DNA of 64,000 nt from an uncultured bacterium (GTDB lineage: Bacteria; UBP15; UBA6099; JAJRTR01): NCBI GenBank assembly GCA_964595945.1, contig CAZQSL010000004.1:231-64230 (forward strand), read 5' to 3'. The notes below the pieces were generated by a model. The model was not told the origin of the DNA. It saw nothing but the letters and a program-made list of their open reading frames with translations, and made no database searches. Every line of letters begins with the position of its first letter. The stretch's first letter is position 1. Of this stretch, positions 1-10,900 are shown piece after piece. Both the position numbers and the translations under genes were made by a program.

Positions 1-23
1 TGAAAGACAACCACCAGATACTC

Positions 24-776
24 ATGCCTTCGCTGACTGAAATCGCCGACGAATTCACGACTGCCATCAGAATGACCGCAAAAGCCAATCCGGCACTTTT
101 GTCAGCCATGAAAATTTCCATCGCGGAAATCCCTTTATGCCTTATATCCGACTATGAAATGTTTGCCGGCGGCGATGTCGTTTCGATCAGCGCTGCTCCA
201 ATGACACAAAAAACATCCCGGGCGGATTTTCTGACCGAACGCTTCAAACCCGCCATCTGCGCCAGTTGCGCCCTCTCCCCCCGATGTCCCGGCATCGAAA
301 AAGAATACGCCGTGCGATACGGAGCAGCGGAGCTTTCGCCAGCGAATTGCCTCTCTGCCTTTTATGAACGATACATGACTCACAACCCAATTCCACACTG
401 CGAAAAATTCGCCAGCGCGTCCACTTGTGAAAATGCCGCGCACATCCTGTCGCAAGCCCTCTCACGCCTCGAATCCGCAAAAAGCAAATCGCCCGGCGTT
501 ATCGCGTCGCTCGCTCTCGATGCCGCCCGGGCCGCCTATTTCACACATAATAGAGACGATGCTGTCGCTTTTGCGTCACACGCCGCCGCTCGCGACCCGC
601 TCGACATACCCGCGCGCATCGACGCGGCGCGCATCGTTTTTTCCTCCGCCAATTTCGCACGCGCCGCCGGGCTGCTCTCACACACCTCGCTGACAGGCGC
701 GTCGCCATGCGCGGCACGGGAGGTCTCCGACCTGCTTTTCTGGATCGATTGGATCATGTATATTACAAATTCATGA
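24..776 (+). CDS. Hypothetical Ala-rich protein with Cys motifs (CASCALSPRCPG; HCEKFASASTCEN); first ORF of the + strand cluster
   Basis: Complete ORF after a TGA at 1-3. GC3-rich codon usage matches the neighbouring genes. No recognisable domain; the Cys spacing CX2CX5C faintly resembles Fe-S/SPASM-type motifs. Confidence 0.3.
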   Translation: MPSLTEIADEFTTAIRMTAKANPALLSAMKISIAEIPLCLISDYEMFAGGDVVSISAAPMTQKTSRADFLTERFKPAICASCALSPRCPGIEKEYAVRYGAAELSPANCLSAFYERYMTHNPIPHCEKFASASTCENAAHILSQALSRLESAKSKSPGVIASLALDAARAAYFTHNRDDAVAFASHAAARDPLDIPARIDAARIVFSSANFARAAGLLSHTSLTGASPCAAREVSDLLFWIDWIMYITNS

Positions 777-861
777 TGGACTGTAAGGATGCGCCGTCCA
801 ATTCATATATTTACAGGACAACTCATCTGGTCCGATGTATAATATGTAATATTAAAAGAAT

Positions 862-2340
862 ATGGTGGCGACTATGAACAGACAATTACTCAGAAAAATC
901 GCAACGCCGGCCGCTTTGGCTGCCGCATGCTTCCTTTCCGCCGCATCAGCGCCGGCAGCCGGATGCCCTTCCGGATTCGTCGAATGGGAATCAAGCGCCG
1001 TCGCGGCAGGGGCAGCCGATGCTCCTGCCATCACGAAGACCATTTGCGGCCCCGCAAAGATCGAAACCCTCAAGCCTTTCGAACTCCGCATAATGCTGTC
1101 GTCGCCTTCCGGCATACCATCGGCCAGGCTCTACGCAATGTTTCCCGTCGACAACATGGCTATCAAGACTACAACGGAAAACATCGAGCCCTCCGCGGAT
1201 GTCGTCGCCGGAAAGTCCGAACCTGACAATACCACCATTTCACTCCCGCTGCTCAAGGAACTCGTCACGACTGTCACCGGCGCCCCCGGCATGCGCGTGC
1301 TTGACGTCCCCGCGATCTATTCACCCGAAATATTCAAGGACGATACTGTCCAGAAAAACATCTCCGACCTGCTGAAAATAATGGACATCGTGGCTCTGCC
1401 CCCCGCCCCCACACAGGACGGCGCAACTGAATATCAGGCGGTCTTCACGGCAAAGGCCCCGGAAAAAGCCTACATGTATCTCGTGCTCGACAACACGGGT
1501 GTCACAGCCGCAGACGGTCAGACTCTCACCGGCAGCATACCGCCTCAAAGCTTCGCTTTCGCCTTCAACCAGTTCAAACAGGTCACCCTCGTCAAGACCA
1601 ATACCGTCATGACTTTCAAAGACAACCCCTGGGTGACGATACCCGCCGGCAGATTCGTCATGGGCTGCGCCTCGTCCGACACCAAGTGCGACAGCAACGA
1701 ATTGCCCCGCCATGATGTCGATATGACTGACTATTCCATCCTGAAGAACGAAGTTTCCAACAAACAGTACAAATCATGCGTCGATGCCGGATTCTGCACG
1801 CGCCCGCAATTCCTCTCATCCGAAACCCGCTCATCCTACTATGAAAACATATTTTACGATGATTATCCGGTCGTATGGGTTTCGTGGCACCAGGCAGCCA
1901 GCTTCTGCAAATGGGCAGGCGGATCACTGCCCACCGAAGCGCAGTGGGAAAAAGCGGCGCGCGGCCCCTACCCGTCCGAATCACTATACTCATGGGGTGA
2001 CGATGCCCCGACAGAAGCCCTCGCCAACCGGCTCGGCGGTATACAGAAAGATACTAATTCCGCATCCTCATATCCTTCAGGCGACAGCCGCTATGGCGTT
2101 TCCGACCTCAACGGCAACGTGATGGAATGGACCGCCGACTGGTTCGACAGCACATATTACATCACCAGCCCCGGCTCCAGTCCAAAAGGCCCAAAATCAT
2201 CGCCAACCGGCCAGCGAACTGTCCGGAACGGCTCCTTCCTAAGCGACGAAACCCTCATCCGTTCATCGAAGAGGGCCGGCGTCCAGCCAGACACCACACA
2301 AAACGACATCGGCTTCAGATGTGTTGCAGACACTAAATAA
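862..2340 (+). CDS. Secreted formylglycine-generating-enzyme (FGE/SUMF1) domain protein with an N-terminal ~250-aa domain of unknown function
   Basis: N-terminal signal-like segment ([23 protein letters not shown]). The C-terminal ~250 aa carry FGE-sulfatase motifs: [66 protein letters not shown], GFRCV. Confidence 0.7.
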   Translation: [492 protein letters not shown]

Positions 2341-3463
2341 CAACGCAAGCATTTCCATATCAGGTGACTACCTGCTTGCCGCCGTCGCATTGGTTTTCTG
2401 CGCGGCGGCTGTTATTATGGACATCATTCACGGCAAGATCACAAACCGGCTACTCATCATCGGCATGGCCGTCACGCTCGCCATTCGTCTGTTCTTCCAC
2501 CTTTCCGGCTATTCGACCGCGGCTCTCGCTCCCGCCGCTATCAATTTCGCCATAGCGTTCGCGCTCGCGTTCGCAGCCTGGAAATTCTCGATGTGGTCTG
2601 CCGGCGACGCAAAGCTTTTCGCATTCATTTCATTTGCCCTGCCGGCTCCGCTGATGCGCAACGCCACTTTCCTTTTCTTCCCGTCATTCGATCTTTTCAT
2701 CAACATTTTCATCACGGCGCTTCTGTGGCTCATCCTGCAGGAAATCGCTGGCAAGATACGCTCTCTCGCAAGTGGCGGAGCCCTCGTCTCTCAGGAAACT
2801 CGGGATGGCTTTTCTTCGGCTGTCGGACGCATACGCGAAAACATCGGCCCGGTGCTGATCTCCTTCGTATTCTTTACAGTATTGTATGAAATACTCCAGC
2901 GTACATCCGCCGCGCACCCCCGCTATATCCCGCCCAACACAGTCAATTCGGCTTTCATTGCGGTGATTTTCATACTCAATGGAAAGTTTACCGGATTCAT
3001 AAAAAAAACAGTCGCCGCGCACCCCGGACCCGCGCGCGTGCTGTACATCGCCTGCATCGCCTCAATAGCCGGAGCCGCCGTCACGCCGCAATACAGCGAG
3101 TTCGTCATTGGCCGCCTGCGCTCGGTATTCATGTTTTTCTTCATAGCGGGTTCGGCACAAAAGATACTCGAAACAAGAATGCCCCGCACCGATGTCATCA
3201 AAACCACAATCCGAGACATCACCGAAGGTGCCGTGCCGCACTCCACCCTTCTCGAAATGATCGGGCGCGAAGGACTCGAAATGACCGTCTATTCCGACGG
3301 ACTCACTCGCGAACAGACCGCCCTGCTACGCAACACTTTTCCGTTCGACACGGAGGTGGAGATCGTCAGGACATATCCCTTCGCTCCTAAAATATTCACT
3401 GCTCTGGTCATCACCTTTCTCCTCGCATCGTCAATGATCCGATTTATCAGAGACCTCGCATGA
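2321..3463 (+). CDS. A24-family (CpaA/TadV-type) prepilin-peptidase-like polytopic membrane protein with a C-terminal extension
   Basis: First TM helix followed by MDIIHGKITN (compare the D..IPN catalytic Asp box). Second Asp box SAGDAKLF (compare GGGDVKL). Multiple further TM helices. Overlaps the upstream gene by 20 nt and the next gene by 4 nt (ATGA). Confidence 0.5.
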   Translation: MLQTLNNNASISISGDYLLAAVALVFCAAAVIMDIIHGKITNRLLIIGMAVTLAIRLFFHLSGYSTAALAPAAINFAIAFALAFAAWKFSMWSAGDAKLFAFISFALPAPLMRNATFLFFPSFDLFINIFITALLWLILQEIAGKIRSLASGGALVSQETRDGFSSAVGRIRENIGPVLISFVFFTVLYEILQRTSAAHPRYIPPNTVNSAFIAVIFILNGKFTGFIKKTVAAHPGPARVLYIACIASIAGAAVTPQYSEFVIGRLRSVFMFFFIAGSAQKILETRMPRTDVIKTTIRDITEGAVPHSTLLEMIGREGLEMTVYSDGLTREQTALLRNTFPFDTEVEIVRTYPFAPKIFTALVITFLLASSMIRFIRDLA

Positions 3464-5094
3464 CCATATCAGTACCGGATGCCAAAATGATCGACGAAAA
3501 AACCAGACGCAAGGAAACAGCCTCTTCGGAACCCCACCAGTGGGTGCGTCTCACAAGTGCATGCAACAACAACTGCATCTTCTGCCTGGACAGCGAAACG
3601 CAGAACTCATCGAATGTGCCGGCCAGCGCCATAATGGCCGAAATCCGCGCGGGCCGCGAAAACGGCGCCACCCGCCTCATCCTCTCCGGCGGCGAAGCCA
3701 CCCTGCACCCGGATTACATCGAAATCCTCAGATTTGCCTCCACACTCGGTTACCGCCGCATCCAGACCGTTTCCAACGGGCGCATGTTCGCCTATACTGA
3801 TTTCCTCGAAAAGGCAGTCGGCGCCGGACTCCAGGAAATAACATTTTCAATGCACGGAGACACGCCCGGACTCCACGACGCGCAGACACGCGTGCCCGGC
3901 AGCTTCGCCCAGGCCCTCGCGGGACTTATCAATGCCCGGTCCGATCCGCGCCTGATCGTCAATGTCGACATCGTCATCAATCAGTTCAACTACCGCCACA
4001 TCCGGCGCATCATGGATTTCTTCATCAGGCTCGGCATCCACGAATTCGACCTGCTGCACGTCACTCCATTCGGCGAAGCGTGGGCAAACCGCGAAAGCGT
4101 TTTCTACGATCCTGCCGAAGGCGTAACACACCTTGCCAGCGCATTCGAGCTTGCAGACCGCCCTGATCTGTATGTCTGGACCAACCGTTTTCCAGCCTCC
4201 TACCTCACCGCATTCCACAGGCTTATCCAAAACCCCCTGAAAATCAAGGACGAAGTGCGGGGCCGCGCGGAAATGTTCGACCACTTCATCCGCACCGGCA
4301 CTCATCTGCCCTGCCGCGGCGACCGCTGCCGTTTCTGTTTTATTGCCGGATTCTGCAATTACCTCGAACGTGCTGTCAACGAACTCTCCACCTGTTCTTT
4401 CGCCTCTCTGGCAATCGGCCCTGCCGCTTCCTGCGAAACGATGCCGCATCTCATTTCCAACGCCCGCTCGGTGTTATTTTCGTCACTACCGTACAGCGCT
4501 GCCGGATTGTATGACGCCATCCAGCCCGGCGCAGCGCTCACGATCATCACCGGCTCGCCGCAAGAAGCCGCCGCTGCCATCCCCAGATCACTGGCCGATC
4601 ATGTCACTATCCACTCAACGGCACCTTTGCCCTCGATATCCGAATGGCCAGCAAACATCAGGCTGCGCATCGAACTCAACAAGGCGACTGCCACCTTCAT
4701 CAGAAATCACGCAGCCTGGATCATCGCAGCTGGCGCAGGGATATATGCTCCCAACCGTTATACGCTCGAAGATGTAATCGAAAATGACATCGCCCCGGCA
4801 GAGTTTTTCAGATCGTTTGACTCGCACGGCATCGAATGCCTGAATCTGCCGCCCTGTGTCACCGGCGCACATCCCGTATACCCGCATGCCCCTATCGACG
4901 CTGCCGCCTTTACCACCGCGCCCCCCCCCGATCTCCAGACGCTCGCGTCTTCATATATCCTTCATGCCTATTATGTGAAACCTCCCTCCTGTGCGGACTG
5001 CGTCCATGATCCCCGATGCCAGGGGCTACACATCAACCAGCTTCGCGCCTTCGGATTTGCCCATAAACCAGTGACCCGCGGGAGCAGCTCTTGA
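3460..5094 (+). CDS. Radical SAM enzyme with a ~290-aa C-terminal extension carrying an extra Cys cluster
   Basis: CX3CX2C motif ACNNNCIFC near the N-terminus and an SGGEATLHPDY glycine-rich SAM motif. C-terminal CRGDRCRFCFIAGFC (CX4CX2CX5C) suggests an auxiliary Fe-S cluster. 4-nt coupling with both neighbours. Confidence 0.7.
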   Translation: MTISVPDAKMIDEKTRRKETASSEPHQWVRLTSACNNNCIFCLDSETQNSSNVPASAIMAEIRAGRENGATRLILSGGEATLHPDYIEILRFASTLGYRRIQTVSNGRMFAYTDFLEKAVGAGLQEITFSMHGDTPGLHDAQTRVPGSFAQALAGLINARSDPRLIVNVDIVINQFNYRHIRRIMDFFIRLGIHEFDLLHVTPFGEAWANRESVFYDPAEGVTHLASAFELADRPDLYVWTNRFPASYLTAFHRLIQNPLKIKDEVRGRAEMFDHFIRTGTHLPCRGDRCRFCFIAGFCNYLERAVNELSTCSFASLAIGPAASCETMPHLISNARSVLFSSLPYSAAGLYDAIQPGAALTIITGSPQEAAAAIPRSLADHVTIHSTAPLPSISEWPANIRLRIELNKATATFIRNHAAWIIAAGAGIYAPNRYTLEDVIENDIAPAEFFRSFDSHGIECLNLPPCVTGAHPVYPHAPIDAAAFTTAPPPDLQTLASSYILHAYYVKPPSCADCVHDPRCQGLHINQLRAFGFAHKPVTRGSSS

Positions 5095-6737
5095 TCATCC
5101 TCGGCATTCATTCCCACTCGCACGACGCCGGAGCCGCCATCTGGCACGACGGCCGCATATTCGCCATATCCGAAGAGCGTCTCACGCGAAAAAAACACGA
5201 CGGCAGTTTTCCGAAAAACGCTATTTCCTATGTAATGAACGCCTGCGGCCTGACGCAGGATTGCGATGTCGACCTCGCGGTGTTCGACACTCTCGGGCAC
5301 AACGAATCCACTGTCCGCGCGTGCCTGTCCGAAACCGGCATCAGGAATATCCTGCCTGTAGGGCACCATGAGGCTCACGCCGCATCGGCATTTTTTTGTT
5401 CGCCCTTCGACAGGGCCGCAGTGTTCGTATGCGACGCGTGGGGCAGTTTTTCGGACGAAATCGCTGCCACTGCGAGCACTCATCACGCTTTCAGCCGTGA
5501 AATGCACAGCACCTACATCGGCGAGGGCACGAAAATTTCACAAGTGCTCAAGACTTACTCACAACCCGGTCGCGCGACCGGCATCGGCGCGATGTATTGC
5601 ATAGCCTCTTTCCTCAGCGGTTTTTCTGAACTCGAAGCCGGAAAGGTCATGGCACTCGCTTCGTTCGGCACGCGCGACGATGTGTTTCCCGATTGTGTTT
5701 TCACTGAAGACCACGGACATTTCGCCGCATGGGGCGACCCCGAACACGATCCGGTCAATCCCGCACACATCGCCGAATACTCCGGAAGATTCTTTCGCGG
5801 CATTTCACCGCGAAAACATGACGAGCCTATCAGGCTCATTCACTGCGAACTCGCCCGCGCGGCTCAGGAAGCATGTGCCGCCGCTGCCCTGAATATCGCC
5901 AGCCGTCTGTACGACAATACCGGATGCCCCAGCCTGTGTGTCGCCGGCGGCTTCGGCCTCAACTGCCACACCAACAGCCGCTACGCCGCCGAAACGCCAT
6001 TCACTGAAATATTTATCCAGCCGGCGGCGACTGACGCCGGCATACCGCTCGGGTGCGCGCTGTACGGCGCTCATATCGCTTCCGGCGTCCCGTTTTCTCC
6101 ATCGGTATTCGACCCCTATCTCGGACGCAGTTATTCCGACGACGAGATACTTGCCGCAGTCCGTGAGTTCGACTCCATCGTGTGCGAAGAACGCAATGAC
6201 ATCGTATGCGTGGCAGCGGAACAAGTGGCGGAGGGTGCGATAGGCGGCTGGATGCAGGGAGCGAGCGAATATGGTCCGCGCGCGCTCGGCAATCGCAGTA
6301 TCATCGCCGACCCCCGCCGTCCCGGGACAAAACCCCGGCTCGACTCCCAGATCAAGCTCAGGGAGGATTTCAGGCCCTACGCTCCCGTCACGACTGTCGG
6401 AAGGGCAGCGGATTTTTTTGCGGGCCCGGCGACGAGCCCATATATGCTCCATCTGTTCAGAGTATTGCCTCATGTCAAAACGAGTCTTCCGGCGGTGACT
6501 CATTTCGACGGCACCACACGATTGCAAACTGTCAGTGAATCCGAAAACCAGCGGCTGCACGAATTGATCTCCCGCTTCGGCGAAATAACCGGGATACCCG
6601 TTCTCCTCAACACTTCATTCAACAGAAAAAGCGAACCGATCGTCGAAACGCCGCGCGATGCCATCGCCTGCTTCCTCGATTCGGGCCTCGACTTCCTTGC
6701 CATCGAAAATTATTACATCACCCGGAAACACATCTGA
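5091..6737 (+). CDS. NodU/CmcH/TobZ-family carbamoyltransferase
   Basis: N-terminus ILGIHSHSHDAGAAIWHDGRIFAISEERLTRKKHDGSFP matches Carbam_trans_N. C-terminus PVLLNTSFNRKSEPIVETPRDAIACFLDSGLDFLAIENYYI matches Carbam_trans_C. Starts on a TTG overlapping the rSAM stop. Confidence 0.75.
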   Translation: MIILGIHSHSHDAGAAIWHDGRIFAISEERLTRKKHDGSFPKNAISYVMNACGLTQDCDVDLAVFDTLGHNESTVRACLSETGIRNILPVGHHEAHAASAFFCSPFDRAAVFVCDAWGSFSDEIAATASTHHAFSREMHSTYIGEGTKISQVLKTYSQPGRATGIGAMYCIASFLSGFSELEAGKVMALASFGTRDDVFPDCVFTEDHGHFAAWGDPEHDPVNPAHIAEYSGRFFRGISPRKHDEPIRLIHCELARAAQEACAAAALNIASRLYDNTGCPSLCVAGGFGLNCHTNSRYAAETPFTEIFIQPAATDAGIPLGCALYGAHIASGVPFSPSVFDPYLGRSYSDDEILAAVREFDSIVCEERNDIVCVAAEQVAEGAIGGWMQGASEYGPRALGNRSIIADPRRPGTKPRLDSQIKLREDFRPYAPVTTVGRAADFFAGPATSPYMLHLFRVLPHVKTSLPAVTHFDGTTRLQTVSESENQRLHELISRFGEITGIPVLLNTSFNRKSEPIVETPRDAIACFLDSGLDFLAIENYYITRKHI

Positions 6738-7813
6738 TGGACATACGAATCATAAATAACGAAACCGAGGATTTTTCCGGCCGCCTGATCGACTGGGAAG
6801 GTCACAGAGTGGGATTCACCAACTGCGGATTCGAGGATGTCCTGAGCAATCTGTGGGGGCCCGTCGAACGCCTTCGTGTCAACCGTCCTGCCCTCGAAGG
6901 CCTGATCGACAGCATCACAGGCGCCGACGCAGTGTTTTGCGAAACGCCCGAGGCGTTGATCTGCCACACTGTGATGACCCGCCGTGCCATTCCCTGCCCG
7001 GCTTTCGTCGTCGAAGACGAGGACATATTCCGCAGCGCGATCCGCCTCGACGGCTGGCTTGAGTCGATCTATGAAGAGCGCTTCCTGGAAGGATTCCTTG
7101 CCGACCGGCACACGGTCGTGCTCCACCATGCCGCTTCGCAGCGCGGCGAGTATCTGATGCACATCGCCGATCCGCAACGTTTGATGTTCATGCCCTGCTC
7201 TTCCTACTACCTGACCATGATAGAGCCGGAAATCCAGAAAAAAATCGCACTTCACATGACAAAAGGAGAAAACGCGGCAGACTGGGGCGAAGTCCATGAG
7301 ACATTCAGAGGGACAGTGCTGAGCGCGGGCATAAACCAGCGCGACTACGCGACTTTTGCCGCCGCACTCGACATCGCCGGACTCCACGGACATATTATCA
7401 GCCACTCCATCGAGGAATCCCTGCGAAATCATCCCCGCATCAGATGGCATGGGTTCATGCCCATTGCCGGATTTGTAGCAGCACTTGCCGCCGCTTCGGT
7501 CGTCGTCGTGCCGATGAAGGCCAAAGACCATTCCGGGGGAGAAAACACCGCAACCTTCGCCATGGCACTCGGAAAACCGGTGATCATCACCCGCACACCA
7601 TCGTCCGAAGAATTCATCACGCATGGCGCCGATGGCATCCTCGCCGCCCCGGGCGACGCACCATCACTTGCGGAAGCAATCACCCTGCTCGTCCAGTCCC
7701 CCGCCCTCCGCGAATCAATCGGCGCCGCTGCCGCCGCACGAGAGCGAGCCATCAGTGATGTTTCACGCGCAACTCTCCTCAAAGCCTTCGCACTAGCTAC
7801 GCGCCTGTCATGA
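6737..7813 (+). CDS. Glycosyltransferase (GT1/GT4-like C-terminal domain)
   Basis: C-terminal half (VVVPMKAKDHSGGENTATFAMALGKPVIITRTPSSEEFITHGADGIL, APGDAPSLAEAITLL) resembles Glycos_transf_1. N-terminal half is atypical. Its start overlaps the stop of the carbamoyltransferase. Confidence 0.5.
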   Translation: MDIRIINNETEDFSGRLIDWEGHRVGFTNCGFEDVLSNLWGPVERLRVNRPALEGLIDSITGADAVFCETPEALICHTVMTRRAIPCPAFVVEDEDIFRSAIRLDGWLESIYEERFLEGFLADRHTVVLHHAASQRGEYLMHIADPQRLMFMPCSSYYLTMIEPEIQKKIALHMTKGENAADWGEVHETFRGTVLSAGINQRDYATFAAALDIAGLHGHIISHSIEESLRNHPRIRWHGFMPIAGFVAALAAASVVVVPMKAKDHSGGENTATFAMALGKPVIITRTPSSEEFITHGADGILAAPGDAPSLAEAITLLVQSPALRESIGAAAAARERAISDVSRATLLKAFALATRLS

Positions 7814-7975
7814 CACCACCGCTTTCAGGTGGTAAAATATTCAGCAATCTGTTAATCTTATTTACAATAAACAGCCGGCCAGCGGACTCCCAACTTGGAA
7901 CAATGGCGCACATCCAACACCACCCGGGCAGTCCTCGCGGACCGAGTATGCCTATATGCGCCCGGAGTCGCCCAC

Positions 7976-10900
7976 ATGCCTACCCGATTCACCCACCTGC
8001 ACGTCCACACCGAATACAGCCTGCTCGACGGCGTCATGCCCGTGCGCAACCTCATCGCCACCTGCAAGGAATACGGCATGGACTCCGTAGCCATGACTGA
8101 CCACGGCACGATGTTCGGCATGGTCAAATTCTACTCGGAAGCCGTCGCCAACGGCATCAAACCCATCATCGGCTGCGAAGTATACGTCGCTCCGCGCAAA
8201 CACACGGACAAAGAGCACGAATTCGACCGCAAACCCTGGCACCTCACACTCCTCGTCAAAAACGAAACCGGCTTCCGCAACCTCATGCACCTCGTTTCCG
8301 TCGCTCACACCGATGGTTTCTATTACAAACCCCGCATAGACAAACAGCTCATTTCACAATATTCCGACGGCCTCATCGCCCTCTCGGCGTGCATCGGTGG
8401 CGAAGTGCCCTCTCTGATACTCAACGAACGCCCCGAAGCCGCCGCCGATGCCGCCCGCTGGTACAACTCGACATTCGGCCCCGGCAATTACTACCTCGAA
8501 ATCATGGATCAGGGACTGATCGAACAAAAACGAGTCAACACCGCCCTCATAGAGCTCTCCCATCAGCTTTCCATCCCGCTCGTTGCCACCAACGATGTCC
8601 ACTATCTCAAAGCCGAAGACTCTCTCGCACAGGACGTCATGATCTGCATCGAACAGGGTAAAACACTCAACGACAGCAGCCGCCTCAGCTTCCAGTCGCA
8701 GGAATTCTACCTCAAGTCGCCCGAACAGATGCGTGAAGTATTCCCCCTCAATCCGGAAGCACTCGCCGCCACCATCGAGATCGCCGACAAGTGCAACTTC
8801 GAGCTCGATCTCAACACCATCTACCTCCCCGACTTCGATGTCCCATCCGATTTCACATCCGACTCTTATCTCGAAAGCCTCACCCGCGAAGGCCTCACCC
8901 GCAAGTACCATCCCGTCACGGCCGACATCAGTGAACGCGCCGGTTTCGAACTCAAGGTCATCCGCGAAATGGGCTACTCCGAGTACTTCCTAATCGTGTG
9001 GGACCTCCTGCGTTTCGCGCGCAGCGAAGGCATACCCGTCGGTCCAGGCCGCGGGTCCGTCGCAGGCAGCCTCGTCGCTTTCGCCCTCGACATCACCAAA
9101 GTCGACCCTCTCAAGTACGATCTCCTATTCGAGCGATTCCTCAATCCTGACCGCGTCAGCATGCCCGACATCGACATGGACTTCTGCGACCGCCGCCGTG
9201 AGCGCGTCATCGAATACGCCCGCCAGAAATACGGCGCGGAAAAAGTTTCGATGATCGCGACATTCCAGCGCCTCAAGGCACGCGCTGCCATCCGTGACGT
9301 TGGCCGCGTACTCGGCCTCGAACTCCCCTACGTCGATCGTATCGCCAAGCTCGTGCCCGCCATGATCCCGGACAGCAAGGTCACCATCGACACCGCCATC
9401 GATCACTCGCCCGAACTCCGCGACCTCTACAACAAAGACGAAGACGCACGCCGCCTGCTCGACATTTCCCGCAAGATCGAAGGCCGCGCCCGCAACGTCG
9501 GCACACACGCCGCCGGCGTCGTGATTTCAAAAAACAAACTCACTCAGCACGTCCCCATCTACACGAGCGCCAACCTCAAGGGCGCGATCATCACCCAGGC
9601 CGACAAAGACGACCTCGAAGCTCTCGGACTCCTCAAAATGGACTTCCTCGGCCTGCGCACACTCTCGCTGATTTCAGACGCCCTCGACTTCATACAGGAA
9701 AAAACCGGCACCCCGCTCGATATCGACTCCATCCCCCTCGACGACAAAAAAACCTTCGAACTCTTCGCCCGCGGCGACACCGACGGCATATTTCAGTTCG
9801 AAGCCGGCACAGTCACAAGCCTCGCCTCACGCTCGCAGCCGACCTGCATCGAAGACCTCACGGCGCTCAACGCACTCAACCGCCCCGGCCCCCTCGGATC
9901 AGGCATGGGCGATACCTTCATCGAAAACCGCAAAAAACGACCCGACGAAATCGACTACATGCACCCCCTCCTCGAACCCGTCCTGCGCGACACCTTCGGC
10001 ATCATGCTCTACCAGGAGCAGGTCATGCGCACGGCCAATGTCATCGCCGGCTTCTCTCTCGCCGAGTCTGACAACCTGCGCCGCGCCATGGGCAAAAAGA
10101 AAGTCGCGGAAATGGAAAAGATGAAAAAACAGTTCGTCGAAAACGCCACCGCTAAAATCAGCGACCGCGCACTCGCCGAAACCATCTATGACATCATCCT
10201 CAAATTTTCCGGCTACGGATTCAACAAAAGCCACAGCGCGGCCTACGCGTTCATTGCGTATCAGACGGCCTTTCTCAAAACACACTACCCGGTGGAATTC
10301 ATGGCCGCCCTGCTCACAAGCGTCAAGGGCGACTACCTCAAAACCGAAAAATACATTGACGACTGCCGCCGCATGGGCATCGCCGTTAAACCCCCCGACA
10401 TCAATCGCGGCTCCGTCAATTTCAAACCCGACGGCGACACTATCATCTACGGGCTGAGCTCGATCAAAAATGTCGGCGAAGGCGCCATCGAAGCCCTGAT
10501 TGCCGAACGCAGGGAAAACGGCATTTTCAAATCACTTTACGACTTCTGCCGCCGCGTCGATCTCCACTCGCTCAACAGCAAGACAATCGAAGCCTTCATC
10601 CTCTCGGGCGCCTGCGACTGTTTCGATGGCAACCGCGCTCAGAAGATGCAGGCCCTCGACGAAGCGCTCGAACTCGGTCGCGCTTGCCAGCGCGACAAAT
10701 CGACCGGACAGACCGGCCTGTTCGACGACTTCGTTACCGAGTTCGCAGACCCTCCGCTACGTCCAGTCGACGAATTCCCCCTCAAAGACCTGCTCGAATA
10801 CGAGAAAGACCTCCTCGGACTCTATCTCTCTCACCACCCGCTCGACCCTTTCCGCGAATGGGTTCGCAAAAAAGCCACCACCACATACGCTCGCCTCGCT

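Noticed and set aside
7895-7975. Upstream in-frame extension of dnaE (MEQWRTSNTTRAVLADRVCLYAPGVAH)
   Set aside because: Not conserved-looking. The PHP-domain consensus begins at MPTRFTHLHVH, so the internal ATG at 7976 is the likely start.
8354-8911. Antisense ORFs inside dnaE, e.g. 185 aa on the - strand
   Set aside because: High-GC frame artefacts opposite a strongly conserved coding frame (DnaE motifs continuous).
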